DNA of 62,352 nucleotides, filler included, from Choristocarpus tenellus KU-1152 (Eukaryota > Protista > Phaeophyceae): NCBI GenBank assembly GCA_964200185.2. It is 8 parts of 8 records of this genome, joined end to end, with 100 filler letters (N's around TTAATTAATTAA, not from the genome) between each part and the next. Parts side by side here need not be neighbours in the genome. Positions count along the whole stretch, not along the records: positions 1 to 5,849 come from CAXNAD020009600.1; positions 5,950 to 10,761 come from CAXNAD020012965.1; positions 10,862 to 15,282 come from CAXNAD020014628.1; 5 more parts are not named here. One strand, written 5' to 3'. The notes beneath the pieces were generated by a model. That model had not been told where the DNA came from. It was given only the letters and a program-made list of their open reading frames with translations, and did not search any database. Within the stretch, counting starts at the first letter, position 1. Each line of letters opens with the position of its first letter. This document shows, in pieces, positions 1 through 10,983 of the stretch. Made by a program: the position numbers and the translations under genes.

Positions 1-165
1 GGGGGGGGGGGCGGGATCTACACCGGGGTGTCCATTTGACCAAAATCAGGAAAAGTGCATCTACATTATCCATCCGACGTATGCAACCAAATCGCCCAAA
101 AAACGCGACGTGAAAAAGTTGATCCCAAACGGACAGCCGCTACCCCCTCCCAGATACTTTGAGTC
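1..165. mobile_element. MITE family B copy (truncated by window start)
   Basis: Ends CCCAGATACTTTGAGTC; internal sequence matches the copies at 965, 18224, 43132 and 43644. Confidence 0.8.
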
Positions 166-279
166 AGTGCTACCTGCATGCTGTTGACAACATCATAGAC
201 TCAGAATTTTCGGTGTAGCTGAGGTTCTTATCCAGCAAGTGGATATTCCAAAGGGGATTAACAACTGAATAGGTCATCT

Positions 280-720
280 CTTTCTAAGCACTGCAGAGTA
301 GTCACCTGGCAAAACGGAGGTTTAGTGAACCCAAATGTGGCCCATCCTGGGCATGTGAGCAACAAATCATGTACCCAAAAACCGTATATATACAACCAAC
401 AGGTTTCAGGCACATTATTAATTTCCAGGAGGTTGACACGTGAAGTCTGTCATTAGGTCAAAACCAAATGAAGTAAGTCGCACGAGAGCAGCATCTGTTT
501 GACTGGGTAGACAGACAACAGATCCATGGCTTGGTAAATGTATTCAGAGAAGCCTCCTAACTACATAAACCATCCAAACAAGCAGTACAGCCTTGGCATG
601 GAATTTAGGGATGCAAAGAAAGTGTATCGATCAAATCTGCAGGTGTACAATACAAAGCATATGTGGAAGGACCGATTGCATGGAGACTGCGTGTGCATGT
701 TCATGATAACCAAACACTAG
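280..720 (+). pseudogene. Heavily decayed non-LTR retrotransposon RT fragment
   Basis: Remnant peptides SPGKT, LGRQTTD and FRDAKKVYRS, in the order of LINE RT motifs KSPGxDG, GFRxGRSTxD and FxDxKKAYDS; many stops. Confidence 0.3.
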
Positions 721-964
721 TAGAAAAGGTAACACGAATCAGCACCTCAACATACGACTAAACCATAATTTCAACTCAATAATCAAACATTGAACGACCT
801 CAAAACATTCTATCCAATACACAAGTTCAAGCTGGAAGTATTTTATAAGCTATTTACATTCACAATTGATATTTCATCCCGCAGATTACAGAATACTGCC
901 CTATCTCACCCTCTCACTCCATGCACGTTGTTTCTATTACAAGGGAGGCACAACCCACTTATTT

Positions 965-1151
965 GGCTCAAAGTATCTGGGGGAGGGGTTGACGGCCGTC
1001 CATTCGGGGCCCAGTTTTCCATGCCACGATTTTTGGGTGATTTGGTTGCATGCATCGGATGGATAATATAAGTTTACTCCTCTTGGACAGGGACAGGGCC
1101 CAAATGGAGACCCTGCTGTAGACCCCCCCCCAAAAAAAGATATTTTCAGCC
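965..1151. mobile_element. MITE family B copy
   Basis: GGCTCAAAGTATCTGGGGG ... AGATATTTTCAGCC inverted termini; flanks ATTT/GTTT. Confidence 0.75.
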
Positions 1152-2441
1152 GTTTGTCACTGTCTGAGACTGGTATAGTACTAGAGGATTGAAGCGACGT
1201 CTTGGAAGTACCTTAAGTTATATCAGAACCAACAAAAAAAAACACATCCAATGCTAAAGGCCTTTAGAGTATAGTTGGTTATTGATTATGTCAGATCACT
1301 TTGTTGATGGAAATGAGCTCTGAACACTCCCGACAACCCCACTCACCAACCAAAGCACTAGAAGCAAGCAGGAGTTGGATATGTTTTCTGGAGGATGCCC
1401 TATGCACGAGCCACAAATTTCTTGATTTTTTTTAAATTCTGAAGCCAACCTACAAATTTTAGTCATTGAAGATGGTGCCACTATGCACCCATATTCCTTC
1501 ATTTGCTGATCCTTCAATGTAGGCTGTGCTGGCTTCTTTGGTTTTTTCTAGCATGTAGCTTTATCGCTCTCTGTTCAACTGCCAAGGTCACACATGTTTA
1601 ATGCTCTTGCTATCTGACCTTGTTTCATGGAAACGAACATCTTCTAACATTGTACGTCGGTCAGTGGATTCCCCGTCATTGAGGATTTTTAAACAACGTT
1701 TACTATGATACTTCGACGTTTTATAATGTGTTGTTCAAGGTGAAATGGTACACATCTGAGTGATCCTTCTATTCATTTTGTACTCTTCATTTATTTCAGA
1801 CTGCTTTCACAGATATTGATTAAAAAATGCAGGGTGTAAACTAAGAAATAAGTGGTACGGGAGGTGTTGATTACTGAAGTATTCTGAGCATAGCATGTCT
1901 GAGCAGAGATCTACTAATTCAATAAAGAGTGTAGCAACCATATCTTGCTTCAAGATTGAAGAGACTCGATAATTTAACATGGACTGGTATGAAGCAAAAA
2001 ATAATGATGTCGTCATCCCTTACCCAGCTGTTCATTACATGTGAGAATTGGGAATAACAAAGTCCGTTTTCATATATTTTATATATTGAACCTCTACACA
2101 TCCAACTGTGAACGTGTTGATTGGGGTCAATTTTCCTGACAGTCATAGCAAATCACTACTTGTCTCTATAGCGGACGCTTTCAAGTGATTATTTTTATAT
2201 TGGCAGTGACTTATTTTTTGTAGTCCTACAAGTATAACAACAAAACTAGGGAATCTGTAATCCTGGAACCTATTGTGCTGTGGATCAGTTTTCATACCTT
2301 CACAGTACAAATATAAACCCGAAAAGTCATCTGGTTTTGCACGTTCCACACCTTCAAAGATTGGATTAGTGCAGCATTTTTACTACAAACTAACCTCGTT
2401 TACTATATTTCCAACCAAAGTATACCAAAACTCTCTTTGAG

Positions 2442-3303
2442 TGTTCACGGGGTATATACCCTCACTCTTCCTCGTACTTGTTGACAAGGGGCGGTCAAAG
2501 GGCGGTTGAATGCTGCCTGCCGCACTTCACGTGGATGACGCCCCCCATTCATGCCAAGGATTTGAGTCCGCACAGCAGCTTCAGGGCTAATCAATTGAGT
2601 TCCACGCACTCTGGCCCCATTGCTACCCCAGTCACCCCAACCTCTAACACAGGAGTTGCGTCGACGTTCCTCCACTGTACGATTTGACTGTGCTGGGTTG
2701 GACCCTGGTGACAATACTTCATTGGTGCTGTGCTGGTCTAAGGTCGATACACAACTGCCCAGACGCTCAGGGGCTGTCCTGGGTCGTAACACCCCTGCAC
2801 TGACGCTCGTAGCAAACAAAGACACTGGGGAAGACGACAAGTAAGAGCAAGGAGAGAGATGGAATACGCTCCACCGATTAATTTCGTTCTTCGTTTATTG
2901 TGGGATTGAAGGGGAAAGGAAGGGATAGTGTTTTGCGTCTTCATCGTAGGGAATGTAAAGCTACTGTGTTTGGCTTGTTACTTCTTGGCTAGATGGGCTA
3001 TCCACGAGGGGAAGGAAATGCGGAATCTCCAGGTGTTTTGAAAAGAGTTGTTGACCATGAAACTGGAGACTTTGGAGATCACAACAAAACCAAGGACAGT
3101 GGTGGGTGAGACAAAAGAGTAGCACATGCACGTTAGCGCGAGTTCAGGGTGTTCAGGGTGTTTGTCCAGTGGCGTGCGAGACATCAATCAGTCATGGATA
3201 GTAGTCGATATCATGGGGTCCAATCACACTTCTTTGTATATTCAAGTGTTGGGTTTTACATACAAAACCTCGAAGGAGACTACAGTTTAACTACCCTGTA
3301 ACG
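2442..3303 (-). mobile_element. Candidate solo LTR (~860 bp)
   Basis: Imperfect inverted termini TGTTCACGGGG / CCCTGTAACG, AATAAA on - strand, GC-richer than flanks; TSD weak (TTGAG/TTCTG). Confidence 0.3.
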
Positions 3304-3974
3304 TTCTGTTCTTACTACTTCGTTTCTTATCTTGAGAATAATTATTGGTCTGATTCCTGCTTCAAGTATATCTCCTACACTCATCTGATCGTAACTTGAT
3401 CAAACCATCGCATTTTATCTTCCTACTTTTGCAAGGTGTAACAATGGACTTCCTCCTGATGGTACAGGGAATACCTAAACTACTCAAACAAATACTTCTA
3501 AGTATCAAAGAACACATATTAAGAAGTAGAGCACTGCCCTTACCACCCACAGACTTGCATATACATCTCTTCATTCACAAAGAAAATCATTTTTTCTACC
3601 ATTATATACACAGAATCCATGTACTAAAAAATAATCCGGAGTGTATCGAATCAGTACGAAGAACATTGCAAACGTTTGCAGACAATGCGCATTGAAATGT
3701 TGTACAAACCAGCAACCGAATGTTTTTCTTTCAGAGAAGAAGGGCATGCGATTTGGAGACAGCTGGACTCATAGAGGGTACATATCGAGGTGGTCTCCCT
3801 ATTGTAGTGTAGGCGATAATATATCACTGTGCGCGTTTCGACCTTAACTGTCTACAACAGTTCAAGGCACAGGGGTCTAAATGGACTATTGTAGGTATCC
3901 ACATCCTACTAACTTCAATGATCGAGTCTATCTATTATTGGAAAGTAGGTTGTCCAGTTTTTCCTTGCACTCAC

Positions 3975-4104
3975 TTAGCATCCCACACAACAAAGCATAG
4001 GATTGACAAGTTGTCGGCCCCAAGGATTTCCCAGAACTCCAGGAATTTGCAAGTAAATTTGGTCGAGCGCATGCTGCCCCAGACGTCGTGAGTGAGTACA
4101 TACG
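3975..4104 (-). pseudogene. Isolated exon-like remnant, product unknown
   Basis: ttctccAG acceptor and GTGAGT donor around an open frame YVLTHDVWGSMRSTKFTCKFLEFWEILGADNLSILCFVVWDA; no intact neighbouring exons found. Confidence 0.25.
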
Positions 4105-4362
4105 CTGGAGAAAAATATTAATATACTTTCCTGTATTGTCTTTTTTTCCTTCTTCTGGAAAATATATTTTTGCTTTCTCACTATTGTTCAAAAAACATAA
4201 AAATGTTGTTTGAAAGAACAATGCGAAGGCGGGTTCCTTGACAGATCACAGAATAATATTTATCAAATGGAAGGAAGTGTTATTGAAACAGAAAAATATT
4301 ACTAGAAATGAACTTTGCCAAAATGTAAGTGATCCTTTACAAATCGACAACAGACTTCACAG

Positions 4363-4790
4363 ATGGATGACGCGGACATTAAGGGGGAGCATTGCGCCGA
4401 ACTCCATGCTCAACACTACAAATTCCTACAGGGCTGGATTGGGCTCCACAAATGGAAACGTACGGAATACCCCATGTCATACAGAGCAGCTCCTTTAGGA
4501 GAACTGGATTTGAGTGCATTGAGGTCTGTCTCCGCAAAAGAAAACTGTTAATTGCAGGTTTCATGTTGCAAAAGGACAACAATCGATTGCCCAAGAACTT
4601 CATACTTTGAGAACTCAACGCTCAGAGACCAGCGGGGGGGAATGGAGGTCCAGATAAAAGCTGTTTGCGGCGCATAAAAAACGACCTCAAGGTCTTGACA
4701 TCACAGCTGATCAATGGATTTCTCTTACAGGAGGCGGCAGAGATGAATGGAGGTTGGAGCAAGTAATACATGAATGCCTAGCATACCACT
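4363..4790 (+). pseudogene. RTE-type LINE 3' end, frameshifted
   Basis: LHAQHYKFLQGWIG..SY / TGFECIEVCLRKRKLLIAGFM..DNNRLPK..*EL..GGP..IKNDLK matches the post-RT C-terminal pattern of RTE LINEs. Confidence 0.7.
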
Positions 4791-5473
4791 GAGGTTGAAG
4801 CAGCCACAGTCTGTTGCACTATAGTGCCCTTGACCACCAACCACAAGCGACAGTAACTACCGATCTTCTTCTCTTTTCTTTTTTTTTGGAGGGGAAGGGG
4901 AACGGGACTGAATTCCTCTACCTAATTTAAGATACTCTTTTCTTGATGTTGATGGTAGTAGGTTGTATCTAGTAGGTGTAAGGACTTTGCCCATGTGCTC
5001 TGAAGTACATGCAGTCATGTGCCCCTCCTTGAACCAATAATGATCCTTGATGCCAGTGCTGATTCTTGAATAGTGGTATTCCTTCTGCTTATTGCTTTCT
5101 TGTCTTTGATAATTTGGCTGATAAATCTGTATTATTTTTGGCACCTAGGTGCTATCTCTTTTTAGCTGTATATATACATGTGTGTTTGTTGCCTTTCTTT
5201 CCACCTGTTTTGAGTATGCTGTATGTTGCTTTCTCCTTGACAATATCTGCCAATTGTGTTTCTTTCTTTCAAGCATCACGTCAACCTATTTCAAACTTGT
5301 GTATGATCATAAGTTAATTAAACCAAATTAACAGAGTAAGGGGATCCAAGTTTTCCCTTGACATGGGGCGTAATAGAGCAACTGGACCTCAATATTACCC
5401 AAACAACACACGCCATAGAGTAACGACCCAAACATTGCAAAGCTCCAATGAATACCATTCTTTATAGCCTGAA

Positions 5474-5730
5474 GAGTGAAAGTATCTTAGAGGTTACGAG
5501 TTTTGCCCTGTTTGTCAATTTGGGGCTTGGCTTCTCATGTTTTTTTTATAGCATTTTCCTACTCCAAAATGTTTAGGAGTAGGTAAGATGAATACATATG
5601 AAAAGGTGTGTCCGGAACATGGATATTGACACTTCCTAACAAACACGATAGCCAAAATTACATCAAAATCGCAAAATTGGATTTTGAACCCCAAACGGAC
5701 GCGGCTCTACCCTCTATGATACTTTGGCTC
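5474..5730. mobile_element. MITE family A (Sola2-like), full length
   Basis: TIRs GAGTGAAAGTATCTTAGAGG / CCTCTATGATACTTTGGCTC; 4-bp TSD TGAA/TGAA. Confidence 0.9.
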
Positions 5731-5949
5731 TGAATGTGGCTGAATGTTCAAGGGTGACAGTAGTGTTGAGCATCACTTCGTCTGAGTTATGTGATAATGC
5801 AAGGAGAATGAAGTAGAAAGACTTGTGGCTCAACGTGTCTGGGTGGGGGNNNNNNNNNNNNNNNNNNNNNNNNNNNNNNNNNNNNNNNNNNNNTTAATTA
5901 ATTAANNNNNNNNNNNNNNNNNNNNNNNNNNNNNNNNNNNNNNNNNNNN

Positions 5950-6191
5950 CAATATCTATGATTCGGACACACCTTTCATAACGTACACATTTTTCCTACT
6001 CCGAAACATTTTGGAGTCAGAAAAAGTCATAAAAAAACCCATGGGAAGCCAAGCCCCACAAATGTATACATTTTACCTACTCCGAAGCATTTTGCAGTCG
6101 GAAAATATCATAAAAATACCCATGATGGGAAGCCAAGCCCAACAAATGGACAAACAGGGAAAAAATCGTACCCTCTAGGATAGTTTCACTC
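5950..6191. mobile_element. Family A sequence, reverse orientation, with tandemly duplicated internal module; starts in gap
   Basis: Two copies of the CCTACTCC-palindrome + GGGAAGCCAAGCCC module, ending ACCCTCTAGGATAGTTTCACTC. Confidence 0.8.
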
Positions 6192-6284
6192 TTTAAGAAT
6201 ACAAACGTCCAACAATTTAAGATTTTACTTAAAAAATTCGAGGGTGCCAGTTTTTTTTTTACCCTTTGGTTTCGGAACCTTGGA

Positions 6285-6560
6285 AACGTACAAGATCAAT
6301 TAAGTATGTCCTACTACTATACCTTCTTCAGCATGGATTCCCATTCAAAAGGGGGCCCTTAAAAAGTGCCACAATATTTACAAAAAAAAACATATGGGCA
6401 CTTTCTGCGCACCATTTTGTTTGGGAAAAATCCATTCTCCATGAAATAATCCATCCTACACTTTGCGGAGACGCTGTTGGAAACACGTGTGTTAGGGTTT
6501 TGACGATATAATAATGATATTCTAATCTTTACATCAACAAATACAATTATAAACCACATT
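6285..6560 (+). repeat. Dispersed repeat block, copy 1 (putative transposon subterminal region)
   Basis: GCATGGATTCCCATTCAAAAGGGGGCCCTTAAAAAGTGCC and flanks recur, diverged, at 15383-15640. Confidence 0.8.
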
Positions 6561-7291
6561 CTTCATTGATCCAATACGTTTCAAACATACGAAACGAAAA
6601 TGTCACAAAAAAATCATCTACCCTCTATCTCTTTTCAGTATGAAATCGTATGCTGTTCGATATTCGTATTTAGTACACACAATCCTCAAGGGAAAGACGA
6701 ATCTGAGTTTTGAAGACAGACCGACCAGATTAAATGAAGCAGCACTTCCCATCCCTCAGTCCTCATTTCAATTCATTCCCTTCAGTACATACTACGCTGA
6801 CCTGTTATTTATCGATTCCCGTTACACCCTCTCAATCTTCGCCATGTCCAGCATTCCCTCAACAACAACCCACCCGCCCGCCGACGGTGCTGCCCACGGA
6901 TCGAGAACGTGGGACAGCAATCTGAAGGGCATGTCGTCGCTCTTACAAGATCACTATCTGGGCATGTACCGGATGAAACTGGGCAACATCACATGCACGG
7001 AGATGGTGCGTCCACTGAGCGAGAGTGGAGTTGCGCGCGTAAGCAAGTCCATCCGCGAGAAAGGCTGGCTGGAGCAGTTTGCTCCGTCTATTGTGATCCA
7101 GGGAGACTGTTTAGGTAATAGGGACCAGCTCACTGCCGAAACTGCGCTTACCATTCAAGGGCGAGTACTGGACGGAAACCATAGAATAACGGTGCTGAAG
7201 AGAGAGTTTGATCCCGAATGCGCTTTCATGGTGCGAGTCTACATGGAGTTCAACCAAGCAGAAGAGAGACTAATTGCAAACGGTGGGTGAT

Positions 7292-7450
7292 GGAGTGTTT
7301 TCGTTATTCCATGATCGCCTGGTGACTCTGATTAACCAAGCAACAAAGTAGAGTGTTTACGTTGTTCCATGATCGCCTGATGACTCCTCTCATGGACTAA
7401 GCAACAAAGTAAGTTGGGTGTTTACGTTGTTCCATGATCGCCTCATGACT
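7292..7450. repeat. Intronic imperfect tandem repeat, ~60 bp x3
   Basis: GTGTTTWCGTTRTTCCATGATCGCCT three times. Confidence 0.85.
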
Positions 7451-8532
7451 GTTCTGATGTACAAAGTTGTTGCCGAGTTTCTTACCTTGGTTCATCGTCA
7501 GTCAGTCCATTGAGGATCTTTTCGTTGTTGATCTTTTTTTCCCCTCGTGGTATATATTTCTGTCCGCAGAAGCATGTTGCTCAGTACTGCATGCCGCGTG
7601 TGTCCCGCGACCGCTCCCTACCTAACCCTTGTCCCATTTGCCCACTGGACCGCCACGCTTATAGCATTCAACGACGCGACCGAGAGTGTGGTTGAGCGCA
7701 CACTGTACGATAAGATATATTTTCAGCACGAGCTCGAAGAATCTATCAAGCGACTGACGAAGAAAAAAGAAGTGTCAATGGTAGAGATCTGCAACATGTA
7801 CAAAAAGGTGAGGGAGTTGTCAACGTTAGTGGGATGGTGTCGCTATAGTCCTCCTCTAGTTGGGTTACAGCTGTTGTGAAATCCCTCTGTGTCCTCCTGT
7901 TCAACCTAAGTTGATGTAGTTATCCCCCGTTTAGGAACCCTGTCAACCAACTTAAGGATTTACTGCTGACCATGTGGTAGTATGTATGAGTGGTTAACCA
8001 CAGACGAACAATAAATATCTCCTTGTTTGTTTTATCATTAGGCCAGGCCCCTGAATAACCCCCCACCCCGCACTCATACATACCCCATTGGTGTGGTAAT
8101 AACGATGCCTCATCCTGGCTGACTGGGTGCATGATATTTTTCTTTTTTGCCCATCGCCAAGGTGGGCATTACTTCCCCGGCGAAATCAACTATACGATAC
8201 TGGCAGAAAGGCGTAAAGTCCCTTAAACCAGAGTCCTTTGAGGTACTGAAGGAAGTGTGTGAGAGCAACGCACCGCAGGTCGACCGCCACGTAGTCACAC
8301 TGAACTATCTCAGTCGCGACGAGTTTGTCGGCTTCACTTCTCTCAAGCAGGGGCTATGCATCCATCTGCTTGCTAGGCAAGTCAAACCGCCACTGTGTTT
8401 TATCGTGTAGACAGCAGTAAGCACAAAGTATGCAGGTCGCAGCACATTGCACTTTGACGTGAAATAAGTGTCTCCTATGATGAAGAATATTGTCGGCCAT
8501 TGTTGTGTCCAACGAAGAACCCTTTGTAGCAT

Positions 8533-8644
8533 TGTGTTTCCTGTTTATGATTCAACCAACAGTGTGTGTTTCCTGTTTATGATTCAACCAACAGTGTGTG
8601 TTTCCTGTTTATGATTCAACCAACAGTGTGTGTTTCCTGTTTAT
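8533..8644. repeat. Intronic perfect tandem repeat, 32 bp x ~3.5
   Basis: GTGTTTCCTGTTTATGATTCAACCAACAGTGT repeated head to tail. Confidence 0.95.
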
Positions 8645-9341
8645 GTGCTCTGTTGTCTGTCATGAACTACGACAATCGATCCATGAATATTTAATGCATG
8701 GGCGACCCTTTCGTCATCATTACCTGCGCATCGTTCTTGTTGATGTCTTTCATGGCCATTCTCTTTTTGCAGATACAAGTCGTTCAACAGGAGGGTTCCT
8801 ACGGTGAGGGACTACAAGGAGATCGAATCGGACGCGCACATGTCTGAAATGCTTGTCTTGCGCACGAGGCAGATTGTGCCGAAGGAGAAGTGGACAACAG
8901 AGCTCCAAAGGTTGGTAAATGGTGGAAGTTACAGCGGTTATCTTCCTTTATTTCCTTTTCCGTATCTCCTGTGCACCCATATGTGGCCATGCACCCCTCA
9001 ATTGTATAATATACTGTCAGCATATTTTTCGGCACTGCACTTATTGACTGTTGCAATATATTTTTTTTTGGGGCGTTACGTGAATGATGCATGGACTGCC
9101 AGGGAAATGAACAAGCTCGCATATGAGAAGGGCAATATGCACGACATCTGGGTCAAGCCCCACCACGAGGAGAGGAAGAGGGAGGTGGCCGAACTTCTGG
9201 AGAAGGTTTCATCTGGCAACCAGCAAGCGAGGCCTGTCCGGCAGCTGAGGGCAAACATTGAGATGATAGTCGGAATGAAACCCATGCAACGGGTCAGAGC
9301 CGTGAGTGTGCCTCCTGTGTTGGTAATTATACCTGAAATGG

Positions 9342-9593
9342 GAGTGAAAGTATCTTAGAGGGTACGAGTTTTACCCTGTTTGTCCATTTGGGGCTTGGCT
9401 TCCCGTTTTTTTTTATGACATCTTCCTACTCCAAAATGTTTCGGAATAGGTAAGATGTGTACGTCATGAAAAGGTGTGTCTGGAACAAGGATATTGATAC
9501 TTCAAAATTAATATGATAGCCAAAATTGTTAAAATCGCGACATTGGAGTTTAGTCCACAAATAGATGCGGCTGTACCCTCGATATTTTGGCTC
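9342..9593. mobile_element. MITE family A inserted in an intron of the ParB-like gene
   Basis: GAGTGAAAG...TTTGGCTC; TSD ATGG/ATGG. Confidence 0.9.
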
Positions 9594-10983
9594 ATGGCTT
9601 GTACAAAAACAATTAGTTGACGCTTGGTAGGATTGTTAGTGGGTCTTCGTCATCACCATGAGCGACAGAGTTGCCTTCCCTAAAACAAACGATGCTGTTT
9701 TGTCAGTTCTAGTCTTTCGTTGCTAATAGTGGGAATAGCCAATCGTTTCCTTCTACTCTAGACAACAATCTTCGTCAATCTCTACCTCGTTTCTGCCTCC
9801 AACACGTGTCACTGTCGTAACCTACAGACAGACTGGCGTCCTCGACATAGACTTCTTTCAAACTATTTCGCCCCGCAAGCCGCATCCATTAAACACGTTC
9901 ACCACATAAACCGATAGGTTTGCTCCGTTGTTCAGTTGAAATGCTATGGTAATTCCATTACACTCTCCCATTTTTAACGTTACCATCGTCCCCTCCTCTC
10001 CTCGACAACGTCCTTCGCCGTGCCCAACACCAGATTATCGAGAAGGACTCAACTCTACGTGCTTACCTCACCACCTGGGATGGGAAATACGAGCATGTCC
10101 TCAACCAGGTCAACCTCCACCAGGTTCATAGCGGGCGGCGGGGCGGTGATGGCAGTGGCGCAGACGTCGAGAGCAACAACGGATCAGCATCAGATGGCCG
10201 TGAGAAAGAAGATGAGGGAGGGTGTGAGCATAGAGGAGATGGAAACAAGGGAGGGGACGGACTGCCAGACAGGGAAGATACGGGCGAAGGGGGTTCTGTC
10301 GGCAGCGTTCCTGGTGCGGAAGAAGAACAAAGCGGCCATGGAGGGTGGAACGCGGGCGTCTGCTGTACTGGATGCGATCCTCCACCTACGTCTGGGTGAG
10401 TAATGTAGTTGTAACGGTGCACACGGGGATGGCCGGTAATTAATAGCGTAAGATTGGTTTCCTACCAATCCCCCGAACGGCTAACTAGGTTGTCTCTTTT
10501 CAGCGGTACACGCCATTGAACCGATGGAATGTTGCGGGGTCCCTCTGTGTGCAGCGCTGCAGTCGCTACCCCCACGTCTCTTCATTTTCCACTGTCCGAT
10601 TGTGTGTTAATGCATGTACATCACCGACTGTTGTATCTCACCTGTATTGCTTCGTACTGTTTTGCGCTGCCAATTTCGTGGTCCTTTGTAAACGTGCATC
10701 CCCGCGTTGCCTTGTTTCGCCCAATTAATGATCTGGAAAAATAGTAACCTGCCTGTTTAACNNNNNNNNNNNNNNNNNNNNNNNNNNNNNNNNNNNNNNN
10801 NNNNNTTAATTAATTAANNNNNNNNNNNNNNNNNNNNNNNNNNNNNNNNNNNNNNNNNNNNTGTCCGAAACAAGGATATTGACACTTTCTAACAAACATG
10901 AGAGCCAAAATTACATCAAAATTGCAACATTGGATTTTGACCCCCAAATGGACGCGGCTCTACCCTCTAAGATACTTTGACGC

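Larger units (their letters stand above)
6844..10395 (+). pseudogene. Spliced ParB/Srx-fold + probable HTH protein gene, apparently damaged; exons ~6844-7282, 7665-7807, 8162-8376, 8773-8910, 9073-9301, 9828-9917, 10034-10395
   Basis: VRPLSESGVARVSKSIREKGWL..PSIVI..RVLDGNHRITVLK matches the ParB N-domain pattern; exon phases are compatible; one GC-AG intron, one acceptor reading GG, in-frame TAG at 9915-9917. Confidence 0.7.

Noticed and set aside
5850-5949. N-run + TTAATTAATTAA + N-run, seven times in the window
   Set aside because: Artificial scaffold linker with stops in all six frames; adjacency across these gaps is unreliable
6844-7282. Sulfiredoxin call for the ParB/Srx-fold exon
   Set aside because: Motif is DGNHR, not FGGCHR; no catalytic Cys, and the protein continues into an HTH-like region
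8533-8644. 32-bp repeats as a CRISPR array
   Set aside because: Head-to-tail with no unique spacers, intronic, no cas genes
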